DNA of 64,000 nucleotides from an uncultured archaeon. GTDB taxonomy: Archaea; Iainarchaeota; Iainarchaeia; Iainarchaeales; 1-14-0-10-31-34. Shown here piece by piece: positions 18,585-28,824 of this stretch. The notes under the pieces are model-generated. The model was given only the letters and a program-made list of their open reading frames with translations, had not been told where the DNA came from and did no database searches. Numbering within the stretch: the first letter of the stretch is position 1; the number at the start of each line of letters is the position of its first letter. The position numbers and the translations under genes are program-made. The DNA is taken from contig CAZSOZ010000005.1 of the NCBI GenBank assembly GCA_964608675.1, positions 1 through 64,000 on the forward strand, read 5' to 3'.

Positions 18585-19460
18585 TTAAATTTCTATATTA
18601 AAGTAAGTTCTTACGATGAAGCCGATTGCAAACGAAATTAATGCTACTCCTAAACTTATTGAAGCCATTTCTGTGAATCTTTTTTTGAACGAAAACCCTT
18701 TCACTACTGAAATATAAAAATTAAATACTGCAATTACAATTACTGCTGTAATTAAAGTTAAAATTAATGCAATTGCTTTTTCTTTTAAAATAAAGAAAGG
18801 CAGAACCAAAAGAATTACTGTTGCAAGGTAAGCTGTTCCTGTATAAACTGAAGCCCGTAAAGTTTTGTGTGTTGATTCTCCTTCTGATTTAATTGAAATG
18901 TATTCTGATGCAGCCATTGAAAGCGAAGCAGAAATTCCTGTAATTAAGCCTGCTGTGGCAATAATTAAATTGCTTTTAAATACAAAAGTGAAGCCTGCCA
19001 GCGCTCCAGTTAATTCAACTAAAGCATCATTTAAGCCTAATACAATTGACCTTATATGTTTTAGTTTTTCTTCGTCAATTAATTTTATTAATTCTTTTTC
19101 GTGTTCGTGTTCTTCGTCTATTACTTTTTTTGAGTCAGGAAATTTTTTTTCAAGTTTTCTGTAGGTTTGCTGTGCTTTTTCTTCTCTTTCTTCCATTAAC
19201 TTTAATCCAAAAACTAATCCGAAAATTCTTGCAATCCAGTAATAAAACCATATTTTGAATTTATTTGGCTTCACTTTTTTTTCTGTGTATTTTTCCCAGA
19301 AATGATAATGATTTAATTCGTCTTCAGCTATATGCTGTAATATTTCTTTGTTTTGTTTTTCTTTTATTGTTTTTGCAAGATTTTTATAAATATAGTGTTC
19401 TGTTATTTCATTTTTTTGTATGTTTAATAAGGTTTTCAGTGTTTTTTTGTCAAGTTTCAT
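18585..19460 (-). CDS. rubrerythrin-like domain fused to a VIT1/CCC1 transporter
   Basis: EITEH.IY..LA, E..H motifs; IVLGLNDALVELTGALAG, SMAASEY. Confidence 0.85.
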   Translation of the reverse strand: MKLDKKTLKTLLNIQKNEITEHYIYKNLAKTIKEKQNKEILQHIAEDELNHYHFWEKYTEKKVKPNKFKIWFYYWIARIFGLVFGLKLMEEREEKAQQTYRKLEKKFPDSKKVIDEEHEHEKELIKLIDEEKLKHIRSIVLGLNDALVELTGALAGFTFVFKSNLIIATAGLITGISASLSMAASEYISIKSEGESTHKTLRASVYTGTAYLATVILLVLPFFILKEKAIALILTLITAVIVIAVFNFYISVVKGFSFKKRFTEMASISLGVALISFAIGFIVRTYFNIEI

Positions 19461-19633
19461 TCTAATACCTTTGAAGTTAATAATTCTTTTGCAGTTAAAT
19501 GTTTTACAATGCTGGTAATAAATAATTTTTTTCTTTCAATTTTGTTTTCTTTTAAAACTTCATTCAAAAATTTTCCTGCTTTTCTTACAAAAGGTTTTCC
19601 TGTTTTGTTTTCTTTTTTTCCTTTTATTTTTTC
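19457..19633 (-). pseudogene. family-4 uracil-DNA glycosylase fragment
   Basis: Start-less frame GKKENKTGKPFVRKAGKFLNEVLKENKIERKKLFITSIVKH. Confidence 0.6.
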
Positions 19634-19720
19634 TCACTAAATAATGCGTATCGCACTTAGTTAAAAACTAATTAAAAGTATACTCTAAAATTTATTTTTT
19701 AATACGATTTTTTTGTTTTT

Positions 19721-20818
19721 TTATTCAAGTTGGTGTATTGGAGTATTGTTTCTTTCGCTGATTTCTTTGAGTATATCGTATTCCATTAAGTTAGCACAAA
19801 AACTTATTGCTTTTCCTGTTTTTCCCTGTCTTGCAGTTCTTCCTATTCTATGCAAATAAGCTTCTGTTTCTTTTGGAAAATCAAAGTTAACTACGTTTCC
19901 TATGTCATCAACATGAATTCCTCTGGCAACAACATCTGTTGCAATTAATATTCCGTCTTTTGATCTCTTGAATTCTTCTATTATTTTGTTTCTTGCTCCT
20001 TGTTTTTTGTCTCCATGGATTGCCAAAGTTTTAATTCCTTTTTTTGATAATTGTCTTTGAAGCCAGTCAACAGATTTTTTTGTTCTGCAGAAAACCAAAG
20101 TTTTTGAGTTATCTGTTGCCAAAAGCCTGTATAATGCATTGAGTTTTTCTTTACTGTTTACCATTATATAGTATTGCTGTATTTCTTGTACTGGGGCATT
20201 ATCTGTGCTTAAATCAAATACTATTTTGTCTTTTTTTAAGTGTATTTCAATTAATTCAAGTATTTCTCTTGGCATGGTTGCAGAAAAAAGCATTGTGTGT
20301 TTTTCTTTTGGAAGAAAAGAAATTATTCTGCTTACGTCGTCCCTGAAACCCATATCAAACATTTTGTCTGCTTCATCCAAAACCAAATATTTTGTTTTGT
20401 TTAAATATAAAACTTTTCTTGAATTTAAATCCAAGAGTCTTCCTGGTGTTCCAACAATTATTTGCGGTTTTCTTTTAAGCAAATCAATCTGCCTTTTAAT
20501 GTTTTGTCCGCCAAAAACTGCTATTACAAACACGTTAGTGTTTCTTGCAATTGAAGCAATTTCTTCTTTTACCTGCAAAGCTAATTCTCTTGTTGGGACC
20601 ACAATTAAGGCATAATCGTTTTTTTCTTTTATTTTTTGTATTAAGGGTATTGCAAATGCAGCTGTTTTTCCTGTTCCTGTTTTTGATTTTCCTACAATAT
20701 CTTTTCCTTTTAGTATTTCAGGAATTACTTTTTCCTGTATTTCTGAAGTATTTTCAAAGCCTTTTTTTTGAAGTGCATTTTGTATGCTGTCATCTATGTT
20801 TAGTGTATTAAATTTCAA
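19721..20818 (-). CDS. DEAD-box RNA helicase
   Basis: TGTGKT, PTRELA, GTPGRL, DEAD, SAT, HRIGRTAR. Confidence 0.95.
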   Translation of the reverse strand: MKFNTLNIDDSIQNALQKKGFENTSEIQEKVIPEILKGKDIVGKSKTGTGKTAAFAIPLIQKIKEKNDYALIVVPTRELALQVKEEIASIARNTNVFVIAVFGGQNIKRQIDLLKRKPQIIVGTPGRLLDLNSRKVLYLNKTKYLVLDEADKMFDMGFRDDVSRIISFLPKEKHTMLFSATMPREILELIEIHLKKDKIVFDLSTDNAPVQEIQQYYIMVNSKEKLNALYRLLATDNSKTLVFCRTKKSVDWLQRQLSKKGIKTLAIHGDKKQGARNKIIEEFKRSKDGILIATDVVARGIHVDDIGNVVNFDFPKETEAYLHRIGRTARQGKTGKAISFCANLMEYDILKEISERNNTPIHQLE

Positions 20819-21450
20819 TTAAATCATTCTCCTTTTAAAAAAGAAATAAAAAAAATAACGCTATTTTAATTCAGTTTATTTAAACTGAAATCAAATATTT
20901 TTCACTTAAGAAAAAAAATAGAGTTATTAAACATTTTTTCTTTTTTTATTAAATATAATTGTAAACAAAAAGATTTTTAAATACGGTTTTCATTTTAATT
21001 TTAAAGGGGAAACAACATTTCTTCTTATAAATCGTTAATTGCTTTATCAATTCTTTTGTACCCTGCTTGTGTTATTTTTTTCATTTTGTTTTTAATTTCA
21101 TTTTTGTTGTTTGAAAAGTACAAAAAAACGTAACCTCCTTTGAAAAGATTTTTTTGTTTTCTTTTACATCTATACTTTAATTTCTGTTTTATTGTTTTTT
21201 TCTTTCATTTCATTACTTTTTTTGTTTCTTCAAAGTTAATTACATCTCTGAAAAATTGGGTAAATAGGCACTAATAGTTTGTTTGCCATTATTTTAATTC
21301 TTTTTTGGGGTAGTGACTCAAAAGGGATTTAAAAATCACAACTGAAATTAAAATAAAATAATTTAAATTACAGCCAAGCTTTTTTTTCATAAATTTTTAG
21401 GATAGAATTTCTTTTTCTTTTTTTATTTTTTTTGCTGTTTAGTTATTTGA

Positions 21451-21678
21451 ATGAAAAATGGTTTGTCGGGCTTATTTTCTTTTTTGAATAAAAAGGAACT
21501 GCCTAAATGTGCTTGGTGTGAAAAAGAATCAGATAATTTTCCTTTTGTTAAAATAAAGGATAAAAAGGAATATTTTTTTTGTTCAGAGGAATGCAAAAGA
21601 AATTTTAGAATAAACTATAACAAAAAAGCAAAGAACCGCACTTGTTCAGCTTGTTTACTAAAAAAAATAAAGCGTTAA
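21451..21678 (+). CDS. small TRASH/YHS-like metal-binding protein
   Basis: CAWC...YFFCSEECK..F plus a C-terminal CxxC. Confidence 0.55.
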   Translation: MKNGLSGLFSFLNKKELPKCAWCEKESDNFPFVKIKDKKEYFFCSEECKRNFRINYNKKAKNRTCSACLLKKIKR

Positions 21679-21853
21679 TTTTTTTTGTAAATTTTGTTTT
21701 TTTTTAATTAACGAAATCCCTCTATTTTTTTAATGTTGATTTAGGGTTTGAGTGAAATCTACAGTGCCAAAAATTATGTGCTTTGGTTTCTAATCTGTGG
21801 TTTTTGGATGCTTTCTTGTAAATAAGAATTAATTAACTTGAAATTTTTTTTTA

Positions 21854-22729
21854 TTAAAAAATTTTGTTGATTATTTCTTCAAAAATTTTTTTTGTTTCAG
21901 GCTTAAAAAGGATTATTGGAGTAAGGTTCACTAAAGCATCAGTAAAACTTTTGTCATAAGGTATTTTTGAAAGAATTTTAACTCCTTTTTTTCCTGCAAA
22001 TTTTTCTATTTCTTTTGTTGCTTTTTGGTTAAGATTAAATTTGTTTATTATTATTCCATAAGGTATGTTGAAATGATTTACCATTTTCAAGGCTCTTTTT
22101 AAGTCTGAAATTCCTGATGGAGTTGGCTCTGTTACTGCTACAACAAAATCGCTTCCTGAAACAGATGCAATTACTGGACAGCCTATTCCAGCTGAAGCAT
22201 CAATAAGCATTATTTCTGCTTCACTTTCTTTTTCTTCTGCAATGCTTTTTACTTTTGCAACAACTTTTCCTGAACCAGATTCCCCTATTTCAAGTTGGCC
22301 CGAAACAATGCTGAACCCATACTTTGTTTTTCCATAGCCAATTCTTGCGTTTTCAATTTTAATCAACTCAATTGCTTTGTATGGGCAAATCATTGAGCAT
22401 ACCTCACAGCCTTCACAGGAAAAATTATCAAAAATTGGCTGGTTTTTTTCTTTGTCCCAAGAGATCGCATTAAAATAACAGCTTTTCAGGCATTTTTTGC
22501 AGCCTTTACATTTTTTTTCATTTAATTTTGCTTTTTCGTTTGTTGAAATTTTTTTCCATTCCAAGAAATCTTTTTCTTTTAAGCCAAAAACTAAAGCCAG
22601 ATTTGATGCGTCAACATCGCAGTCAGCGCAAACTATTTTGTGTTTTTCTGACAACGCGATTGCAAGTGAGGCAGTAATGCTGCTTTTTCCTACTCCTCCT
22701 TTTCCGGAGAGAACAGTTATTTTTTTCAT
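21854..22729 (-). CDS. MinD/ParA-superfamily P-loop ATPase with inserted 4Fe-4S domain
   Basis: SGKGGVGKS, DCDVDA, two CxxCxxCxxxC motifs, VTEPT. Confidence 0.88.
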   Translation of the reverse strand: MKKITVLSGKGGVGKSSITASLAIALSEKHKIVCADCDVDASNLALVFGLKEKDFLEWKKISTNEKAKLNEKKCKGCKKCLKSCYFNAISWDKEKNQPIFDNFSCEGCEVCSMICPYKAIELIKIENARIGYGKTKYGFSIVSGQLEIGESGSGKVVAKVKSIAEEKESEAEIMLIDASAGIGCPVIASVSGSDFVVAVTEPTPSGISDLKRALKMVNHFNIPYGIIINKFNLNQKATKEIEKFAGKKGVKILSKIPYDKSFTDALVNLTPIILFKPETKKIFEEIINKIF

Positions 22730-23565
22730 TTGACAACTAACTCCCTTATTTTTTCTATGCTTTTATCTTTGATTGGAATTCCTTTGCTGTAAGCCTCCAT
22801 TATTTCTTTTTTGTAAGGAATTCTTGCTTTAATTTCTTTTCCTTGTTTTTGGGCGGCTTCTTCAATTAAATTGGATTTTCCTTCTTCAAACCTGTTCAAA
22901 ACGATTTCAAAATTAATTTTAAGCTTTTTTATTAACTGCATTATTAATTTCAAATCATGTTTTCCTAAGGGAGTTGGCTCTGTTACAGCTAAAGCAAGAT
23001 CTGTTTCTTTTAAAGCTGAAATCACATCACAATGTGTTCCTGCTGCAGTGTCAACCAAAACAAAATCAAATTTTTTTTTGATTTTATTTACTTCTTCTTT
23101 TAGTGCGCCAACAACAAATTCTGAAACTGCTTCGTTTACCTTTAATTCACCTGAAAGAAAGTTAATGCCGTGTTTTTTTCCTTTAAAGATGGTTCCAATT
23201 TCTTTTTTATTCCCCCATGTTATTGCTTTTGCAGGGCAACTTAAAGCGCATGCCCCGCATCCATTGCATTGCTCAGGCAAAAAAATTGGTTTTTTTCCTT
23301 TAACAGCAAAAATTGCATGCGTTTTGCATACTTCTCCGCATTTTCCGCATTTAATGCATTTTTGAAAATCCAATTTTGGGGTTCTCTGCCAGACAAGCCT
23401 TATTTTTTCTCTTTTTATTCCAAGCAGTAAATGGTCATTTGGGCAGTCAGTGTCAGCATCAACCAAAAGAACTCTGTATTTTTTGCTTAATGAAACTGCC
23501 AGAGCGGTTGCAACAGTGCTTTTTCCTGTTCCTCCTTTTCCTCCAGTGATTGCGATTTGCTTCAT
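22726..23565 (-). CDS. MinD/ParA-superfamily P-loop ATPase with inserted 4Fe-4S domain
   Basis: GGKGGTGKS, DAD.DCPN, two ferredoxin motifs, VTEPTP. Confidence 0.88.
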   Translation of the reverse strand: MKQIAITGGKGGTGKSTVATALAVSLSKKYRVLLVDADTDCPNDHLLLGIKREKIRLVWQRTPKLDFQKCIKCGKCGEVCKTHAIFAVKGKKPIFLPEQCNGCGACALSCPAKAITWGNKKEIGTIFKGKKHGINFLSGELKVNEAVSEFVVGALKEEVNKIKKKFDFVLVDTAAGTHCDVISALKETDLALAVTEPTPLGKHDLKLIMQLIKKLKINFEIVLNRFEEGKSNLIEEAAQKQGKEIKARIPYKKEIMEAYSKGIPIKDKSIEKIRELVVK

Positions 23566-23582
23566 TTTATTTACCTTTTTAT

Positions 23583-23762
23583 TTATTCATCAAGTGTTTC
23601 CACAGTGAATTTTACTTTTCTTTTCATTCCTATTTCCGGCACAAAAGAAACAAGAAATTCTTCAAAGGATTCGTTTTCTCCTTCACAGCCAACATGATTG
23701 AATTTCTTGTTTCCAAGCAATTCAATTCTATTAAATAATCTGCCTTTAATTTTTTTTTTCAT
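23583..23762 (-). CDS. 59-aa hypothetical protein (missing from the ORF track)
   Basis: MKKKIKGRLFNRIELLGNKKFNHVGCEGENESFEEFLVSFVPEIGMKRKVKFTVETLDE*, SD GGGAG, fills an operon gap. Confidence 0.55.
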   Translation of the reverse strand: MKKKIKGRLFNRIELLGNKKFNHVGCEGENESFEEFLVSFVPEIGMKRKVKFTVETLDE

Positions 23763-24348
23763 TTTTTTGTCTCCCCTGCTTTTTTTTGAAATTTAAAATA
23801 CACCCTTTATTTAAGTAATCATTATGGCTTATTAAACCACAATACTTTTTTTCAAAACAAAAACCATTGTTTTCTATTTCTCGTATAATGTCTTTTTCAC
23901 ACATGTTTTTCAGGTTTTTTAGAGGCTGATCTAATTTGTTGTGTTTTGGATACAAAGAAAACAAGCCGTTTTCTTGCAAAACACGATGAATTTCTTTGTA
24001 TAATTTTTTCCTGTTTTCAATTAAATGCAGGACATCGTAAACCAAGGCAACATCAACAGAATCATTTTTCAATTCAATTTTTGTATTGCCATTAGATTTT
24101 ATTATTGAAATATTCGTTAATTCCTGTTTTGCTTTCTTTGCTTTTAATTCTTTTAATGGTTCATTGATTTTATCTAAAGCAAAAACTTTTCCTTTGCTTC
24201 CGACAATTTTTGATAGAGGAACAGAATAATGCCCTGTTCTTGCCCCAAAATCAAGGACTTTTTGTTTTGGCTTGATTCCAATTCTTTTTAGGAATTCAAT
24301 TCCTTTTGTTTTTTCCCATTCAGTCATTTCTTTATTCGTGTTTAACAC
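23746..24348 (-). CDS. class I SAM-dependent methyltransferase
   Basis: VLDFGARTG, VFALD, SVDVA..YDVLH. Confidence 0.8.
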   Translation of the reverse strand: MLNTNKEMTEWEKTKGIEFLKRIGIKPKQKVLDFGARTGHYSVPLSKIVGSKGKVFALDKINEPLKELKAKKAKQELTNISIIKSNGNTKIELKNDSVDVALVYDVLHLIENRKKLYKEIHRVLQENGLFSLYPKHNKLDQPLKNLKNMCEKDIIREIENNGFCFEKKYCGLISHNDYLNKGCILNFKKKQGRQKNEKKN

Positions 24349-24418
24349 CTTTTAAAACATATAATGTAGCGTTTTTTTTTTATTGTTTGAAACAAAAATT
24401 TTGTTGCCTCCTTTAAAT

Positions 24419-25186
24419 TTATATTTCAGGTCGCCTGAAAAGGGTTTCCTTTAAATCCAAGACTTCAACTGATGGCTTTTTTATTTCATAAATTGAAATT
24501 GCATTCAATTCTTTGAATTCTTTTTTAATTGAAACCAATTCTTTTTCTGTTAATGGATTCACTGGAGAGCGCCTTAAAGGCGTGTCAATTTGAATTTCAT
24601 CAGGTTCAATTTCCTTTGCAATATAAAAAATTTCTTGTGCGTTATTCTTATTTTTTTCAATGAACATACATTGTAATGCAAATTTTTTTCCTGTAAATTC
24701 TTTTCTCATTTTTTTAATGCCTTCAAGGATTTTCTTGAATTCAATTTCTTTTGCAGGCTTGTTTATTTCTTCAAAGAGTTCTTTGTTTGGTGCATCAATT
24801 TTTGCTACAATGACATCAAGTTTGTTCAGGGCTTTTTTCACTTCCTTCAAATAAAACATTGAGGAATTTGTCAGGATTCCCACAGGCAAATCAGTTAATT
24901 CTCTTGCAGTGTCAATTAATTCGCTTAAATTTTTTGCAAGAGTTGGTTCCCCGCTTCCTGAAAAAGTTATGATATCTGCTTTGGCTTTCTTTAAGCTTTC
25001 CTTTAATTCTTTTTCAAGTTCAAAGTTTTCCACAAAGTTTTTTTGCTCAAAACTTTTATTTTGTGTTTTTCCCAGCTGACAGTAAACGCAGTCAAAACTG
25101 CATGTTTTGTTTTTCCTGCAAACAGGGTCAATTCCAAGGCTTCTTCCAAGCCTTTTTGAAGGAACAGGCCCGTAAACTATTTTCAT
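24419..25186 (-). CDS. radical SAM protein (COG0731-like)
   Basis: YGPVPSKRLGRSLGID, CSFDCVYCQLG, SGSGEPTL. Confidence 0.85.
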   Translation of the reverse strand: MKIVYGPVPSKRLGRSLGIDPVCRKNKTCSFDCVYCQLGKTQNKSFEQKNFVENFELEKELKESLKKAKADIITFSGSGEPTLAKNLSELIDTARELTDLPVGILTNSSMFYLKEVKKALNKLDVIVAKIDAPNKELFEEINKPAKEIEFKKILEGIKKMRKEFTGKKFALQCMFIEKNKNNAQEIFYIAKEIEPDEIQIDTPLRRSPVNPLTEKELVSIKKEFKELNAISIYEIKKPSVEVLDLKETLFRRPEI

Positions 25187-25203
25187 TTTAATTCTCCTTT
25201 AGT

Positions 25204-25578
25204 TTATTCATGTTTGTCTTCTTTTTTTATTCCATATCCTTTTCCATTTCCTGGCAGGCAAATATTTTTTTCTGTTTTAATTTTTCCTTCAATAAAATCT
25301 TTTAAAACTGTTTTGATATTGCCTGAAACCCCCCAAATTAATTTTATTTCATATTCTTCAAAGAGTTTTTGTGCTTTCCGACCAACCCCTCCAACAACCA
25401 TTATGCTAATGCCTTTTTCATGAAAAAATTTTGGCAAAAATCCAGTGAAATGCCCTGGATTTTCTATTACTTCTTTTTTTATTACTTTTCCTTTTTCAAT
25501 TTCAAGTATAGTAAATTGAGGGCATCTTCCAAAATGCTCTGCTACTTTTCCAGAATCATTTGAAATTGCTATTTTCAT
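25204..25578 (-). CDS. NifB/NifX-family protein
   Basis: MKIAI...VAEHFGRCP.F, GG.G..A. Confidence 0.85.
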   Translation of the reverse strand: MKIAISNDSGKVAEHFGRCPQFTILEIEKGKVIKKEVIENPGHFTGFLPKFFHEKGISIMVVGGVGRKAQKLFEEYEIKLIWGVSGNIKTVLKDFIEGKIKTEKNICLPGNGKGYGIKKEDKHE

Positions 25579-25599
25579 TTCAATCTCCTTTTTTTTTAA

Positions 25600-25989
25600 T
25601 TAAATTTTTTTGTTTGCAGTTAACCCAAAATGGCCTGTGGCTGAATTAATATTGGTTTCTTTTAGTTTTCCTTCACTGAATTGTTGTATTGCATCTTCCA
25701 CGCTTAATTCAGAAACCTGGTAAACTTTTATTTTGCTTTCATGTAAAACCCTAAAAGCATTTGGCCCGATATTTCCTGAAATAACTGCTTTTATTCCTTG
25801 GTTTGCAATTGTTTGTGCTGCTGCAATTCCTGCTCCCATTGCACCATCTTTTGCTTTATTTTCTATGAATTCCTTTTTTTTAATTTTTTTTCCTTTAACT
25901 TCAATTATAAGGAAGCCAGGGCATCTCCCAAAAACAAAGTTAACTTTTTGTTTTAAATCATTTGATGCTACAGTAACAGCTATTTTCAT
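25600..25989 (-). CDS. NifB/NifX-family protein
   Basis: FGRCPGF, GAGIAAAQ, GNIGPNAF. Confidence 0.85.
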   Translation of the reverse strand: MKIAVTVASNDLKQKVNFVFGRCPGFLIIEVKGKKIKKKEFIENKAKDGAMGAGIAAAQTIANQGIKAVISGNIGPNAFRVLHESKIKVYQVSELSVEDAIQQFSEGKLKETNINSATGHFGLTANKKI

Positions 25990-26240
25990 TCAGTTTCCTC
26001 CTCTTCCATTTCTTTTTTTAATGCAATTCCTTGTCCTTTGTATCCAATATAAATTAAGGGAACAGAAAAAACAATCAGCAACGAAGCAAGGGTATTTTGC
26101 CAAACAATTATTCCAATGCATAAAACCATTATTGGAACAACATATCTTCTGTAAACGCATTCTTTTAATGTCCTTGTATAAACAAAAAAAATTGAAAAAA
26201 CGAATATTACAAAACTAATTAAATTAATTGTTTCTTCCAT
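25986..26240 (-). CDS. small membrane protein
   Basis: Three hydrophobic segments; translationally coupled within the operon. Confidence 0.55.
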   Translation of the reverse strand: MEETINLISFVIFVFSIFFVYTRTLKECVYRRYVVPIMVLCIGIIVWQNTLASLLIVFSVPLIYIGYKGQGIALKKEMEEEETE

Positions 26241-26265
26241 TTAATTCCTCTTTAATACTTTTTTT

Positions 26266-26421
26266 TTATTCTCTAGTCAGGGGAGAGCCGCATTTTGGGC
26301 ATTTCCTGCTAGTGCAAGGCAACCCTATATTGTGTGGTACTTTGTTTCCGCAATAAGTGCAAACACAGTTTCCGCCAGGACCTAATGCTGAGCCTCCCAT
26401 TCTTCCTCTTCCATTCGGCAT
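26266..26421 (-). CDS. 51-aa Cys-rich zinc-ribbon protein (missing from the ORF track)
   Basis: MPNGRGRMGGSALGPGGNCVCTYCGNKVPHNIGLPCTSRKCPKCGSPLTRE*, SD GGAGGT; resembles the C-terminus of 38036..38443. Confidence 0.75.
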   Translation of the reverse strand: MPNGRGRMGGSALGPGGNCVCTYCGNKVPHNIGLPCTSRKCPKCGSPLTRE

Positions 26422-26451
26422 TTTTTTTACCTCCTAATCAACAACCTCTAA

Positions 26452-26467
26452 ATGAATTTATATTCAT
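26452..26467. promoter_or_regulatory. operator ATGAAT-N4-ATTCAT
   Basis: Just downstream of TATA box TTTAAATA (minus strand); twin at 37707-37722. Confidence 0.6.
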
Positions 26468-26537
26468 AATATATTTAAACTTTGCTTTAATTTCTGGGCA
26501 GTTTTTCTCTGAATAAATTATTCTTAGGAAGATTTTT

Positions 26538-26559
26538 AAAGTTAGCTAAACCTAACTTT
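26538..26559. promoter_or_regulatory. DtxR/MntR-like operator upstream of feoA
   Basis: AAAGTTAG-CTAAAC-CTAACTTT perfect 8-bp inverted repeat next to the TATA box. Confidence 0.6.
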
Positions 26560-26579
26560 TTACAGTTTTAATTTAATTT

Positions 26580-26834
26580 TTGTTGATTGTAATGCCTAAA
26601 ACGTTTTTTTCTTTGCTTATTTTGTCTTCTGAAAAGAAGGGGTTAATTGTCTTTTTAGATGGAGGTTTTGGCTTTCAGCAAAAACTTGCTTCTTTAAACA
26701 TCAGGGTTGGAAAAACAGTCACTAAAATAACTTCCCAGCCTTTTTCTGGTCCTGTAGTTATTTTGGTTGACAACACCGAAATAAGTTTGGGAAGAAAAAT
26801 TGCTTCCAGGATTTTTGTGGAGGAACTCGAATGA
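26580..26834 (+). CDS. feoA: ferrous iron transport protein A
   Basis: KLASLNIRVG...GPVVI.VDN.EISLGRKIA..I.VE; overlaps feoB. Confidence 0.85.
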   Translation: MLIVMPKTFFSLLILSSEKKGLIVFLDGGFGFQQKLASLNIRVGKTVTKITSQPFSGPVVILVDNTEISLGRKIASRIFVEELE

Positions 26835-28525
26835 AACTGCTTTTAATGGGCAACCCAAACGTAGGCAAAAGCACTTTTTTTTCAAGGTTAACTGGAATAA
26901 ATGTAATGATTTCAAATTATTCTGGGACAACAATTGAATTAAAGAAAGGAAAAATGAAGTTTAATAATAAATTAATTGATGTTATTGATGTTCCTGGAAT
27001 TAATACTTTAGAGCCTTTATGTAAAGCAGAAGAAGTTGCTGTTAAAATGCTTAAAGAAGGAGACTTAATAATTAATGTAGTTGATGCAACTAATTTAGAG
27101 CGAAGTTTGTATTTGACTTTTCAGTTAATGGAAAAAAACATTCCTATTGTTGTGGCTTTAAATTTTTGGAATGAAACCAAACATAAAGGAATTGAAATTA
27201 ATATAAAAAAACTTGAAGAACTTTTAGGCATTCCTGTAATCCCAACTGTTGCTTTAACCGGAGAAGGAATAAAAGAAGTTGTTTTTGAATTAAAAAAGAA
27301 ACCTTTGCCTCTAAAAAAACATTCAGAAGAAAAATGGATTGGAGTAGGCAAAATTGTTAAAGACACTCAAAAAATCAAGAATAAAGAGCATTCTTTTTTG
27401 GACAGGCTTGAAGATTTAAGCATTAAACCTTTAACTGGAATTCCTTTGGCTTTCTTGATTTTATTTTTTTCTTTTTATTTGGTTTGGTTTATTGGGGAAA
27501 CAATTATTTATTTTATTTTTGGTCCTTTGTTTGAATTTTATTTTCCTTTTCTTGTTTCTTTAAGTAATTTTTTGGGTCCAGGTTTTTTTCACGATATTTT
27601 AATTGGTTCTTTAATTAATGGTAAAATTGATTTTGTGCAGTCAATGGGTTTGCTTTCTACCGGATTGTTTGTTCCAATTGCAATGGTTTTGCCTTATGTT
27701 TTTTCTTTTTATTTTGTTTTAGGTTTTTTGGAGGATAGCGGTTATTTACCTAGACTTGCAACTTTAATTGATAATTTAATGCATAGATTTGGAATGCATG
27801 GCTTGGCTGTGATTCCGATGCTTTTGGGTTTAGGTTGTAATGTTCCGGGGGCATTAGCTGTAAGAATTTTGGAGACAAAAAGGCAGAGGTTTATTGCTGC
27901 AACTTTGATGGCTATTTCTGTTCCTTGCATGGCCCAAATTGCAATGATTTTTGGGTTGCTTGGTTCTTTTGGAGTTAAAGGTTTGATTATTGTTTTTGGA
28001 ACTCTTTTTATTGTTTGGATTACATTAGGGTTTTTTCTTAATAAAGTTATGAAAGGGTTGACTCCTGAAACTTTTATGGAAATTCCGCCTTATAGAATGC
28101 CTTATTTGAATTCTTTAATTAAAAAATTGTGGATGAGACTAAAAAATTTTTTAACTGAAGCAATTCCCTTTGTTTTTTTGGGTGTTTTAATAATAAATTT
28201 TTTGTTTGTTTTTGGAGTAATTGATTTTATAAGCAGAATTGCTTCTCCTTTGGTTGTCGGGGTTTTAGGTCTTCCAAAAGAAGCAGTTATTTCTCTTGTT
28301 ATTGGTTTTTTAAGGAAAGACATGGCAATAGGATTATTGTTGCCTTTGAATTTAACTTTAAAGCAATTAATTATTTCAAGTGTTGTATTAACAATGTATT
28401 TTCCTTGTGTTGCAACTTTTGTTGTTTTATTTAAAGAGCTTGGATTAAAGGATTTAATTAAATCAACTTTGTTAATGATTTTTTTATCTTTTTTGGCGGG
28501 CGGAATCCTTAACTTAATTCTTTAA
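26831..28525 (+). CDS. feoB: ferrous iron transport protein B
   Basis: GNPNVGKS, NY.GTT, DVPG, LEDSGYLPR, LGCNVP, YFPCVAT. Confidence 0.93.
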   Translation: MKLLLMGNPNVGKSTFFSRLTGINVMISNYSGTTIELKKGKMKFNNKLIDVIDVPGINTLEPLCKAEEVAVKMLKEGDLIINVVDATNLERSLYLTFQLMEKNIPIVVALNFWNETKHKGIEINIKKLEELLGIPVIPTVALTGEGIKEVVFELKKKPLPLKKHSEEKWIGVGKIVKDTQKIKNKEHSFLDRLEDLSIKPLTGIPLAFLILFFSFYLVWFIGETIIYFIFGPLFEFYFPFLVSLSNFLGPGFFHDILIGSLINGKIDFVQSMGLLSTGLFVPIAMVLPYVFSFYFVLGFLEDSGYLPRLATLIDNLMHRFGMHGLAVIPMLLGLGCNVPGALAVRILETKRQRFIAATLMAISVPCMAQIAMIFGLLGSFGVKGLIIVFGTLFIVWITLGFFLNKVMKGLTPETFMEIPPYRMPYLNSLIKKLWMRLKNFLTEAIPFVFLGVLIINFLFVFGVIDFISRIASPLVVGVLGLPKEAVISLVIGFLRKDMAIGLLLPLNLTLKQLIISSVVLTMYFPCVATFVVLFKELGLKDLIKSTLLMIFLSFLAGGILNLIL

Positions 28526-28824
28526 TGCATAAAAAACCAGCTTTTATTTTTTTTTATTTCAATTAAATTATGTTTATTTAATCAAACAAATTCCACTAAT
28601 TTTTAATGAGTGGTTTAATTTTTATGGGGAATTTGTAACATCAAAAATCATTCATGCCACCGGTCTCTGTTCAGTGGTTTTTGACTTTTTTGTTTTTCTA
28701 AAAAAATAAGAAAAACTGAATTAATTTACGAAAGCTTTCAGGGTAATTCAAAAATTTGTCTTGTTTTCCTGAAAATTTGTTTGTTGGGCAGTGCATTCTG
28801 TTAACAATGTCTGGCTTAAAGCTT

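Noticed and set aside
20830-21440. Short possible ORFs (e.g. MANKLLVPIYPIFQRCN at 21236-21289, minus strand) in a long AT-rich gap
   Set aside because: No motif or supporting signals strong enough to call.
28530-28820. Intergenic stretch between feoB and znuB with a small GC patch
   Set aside because: No convincing ORF, RNA structure or repeat match.
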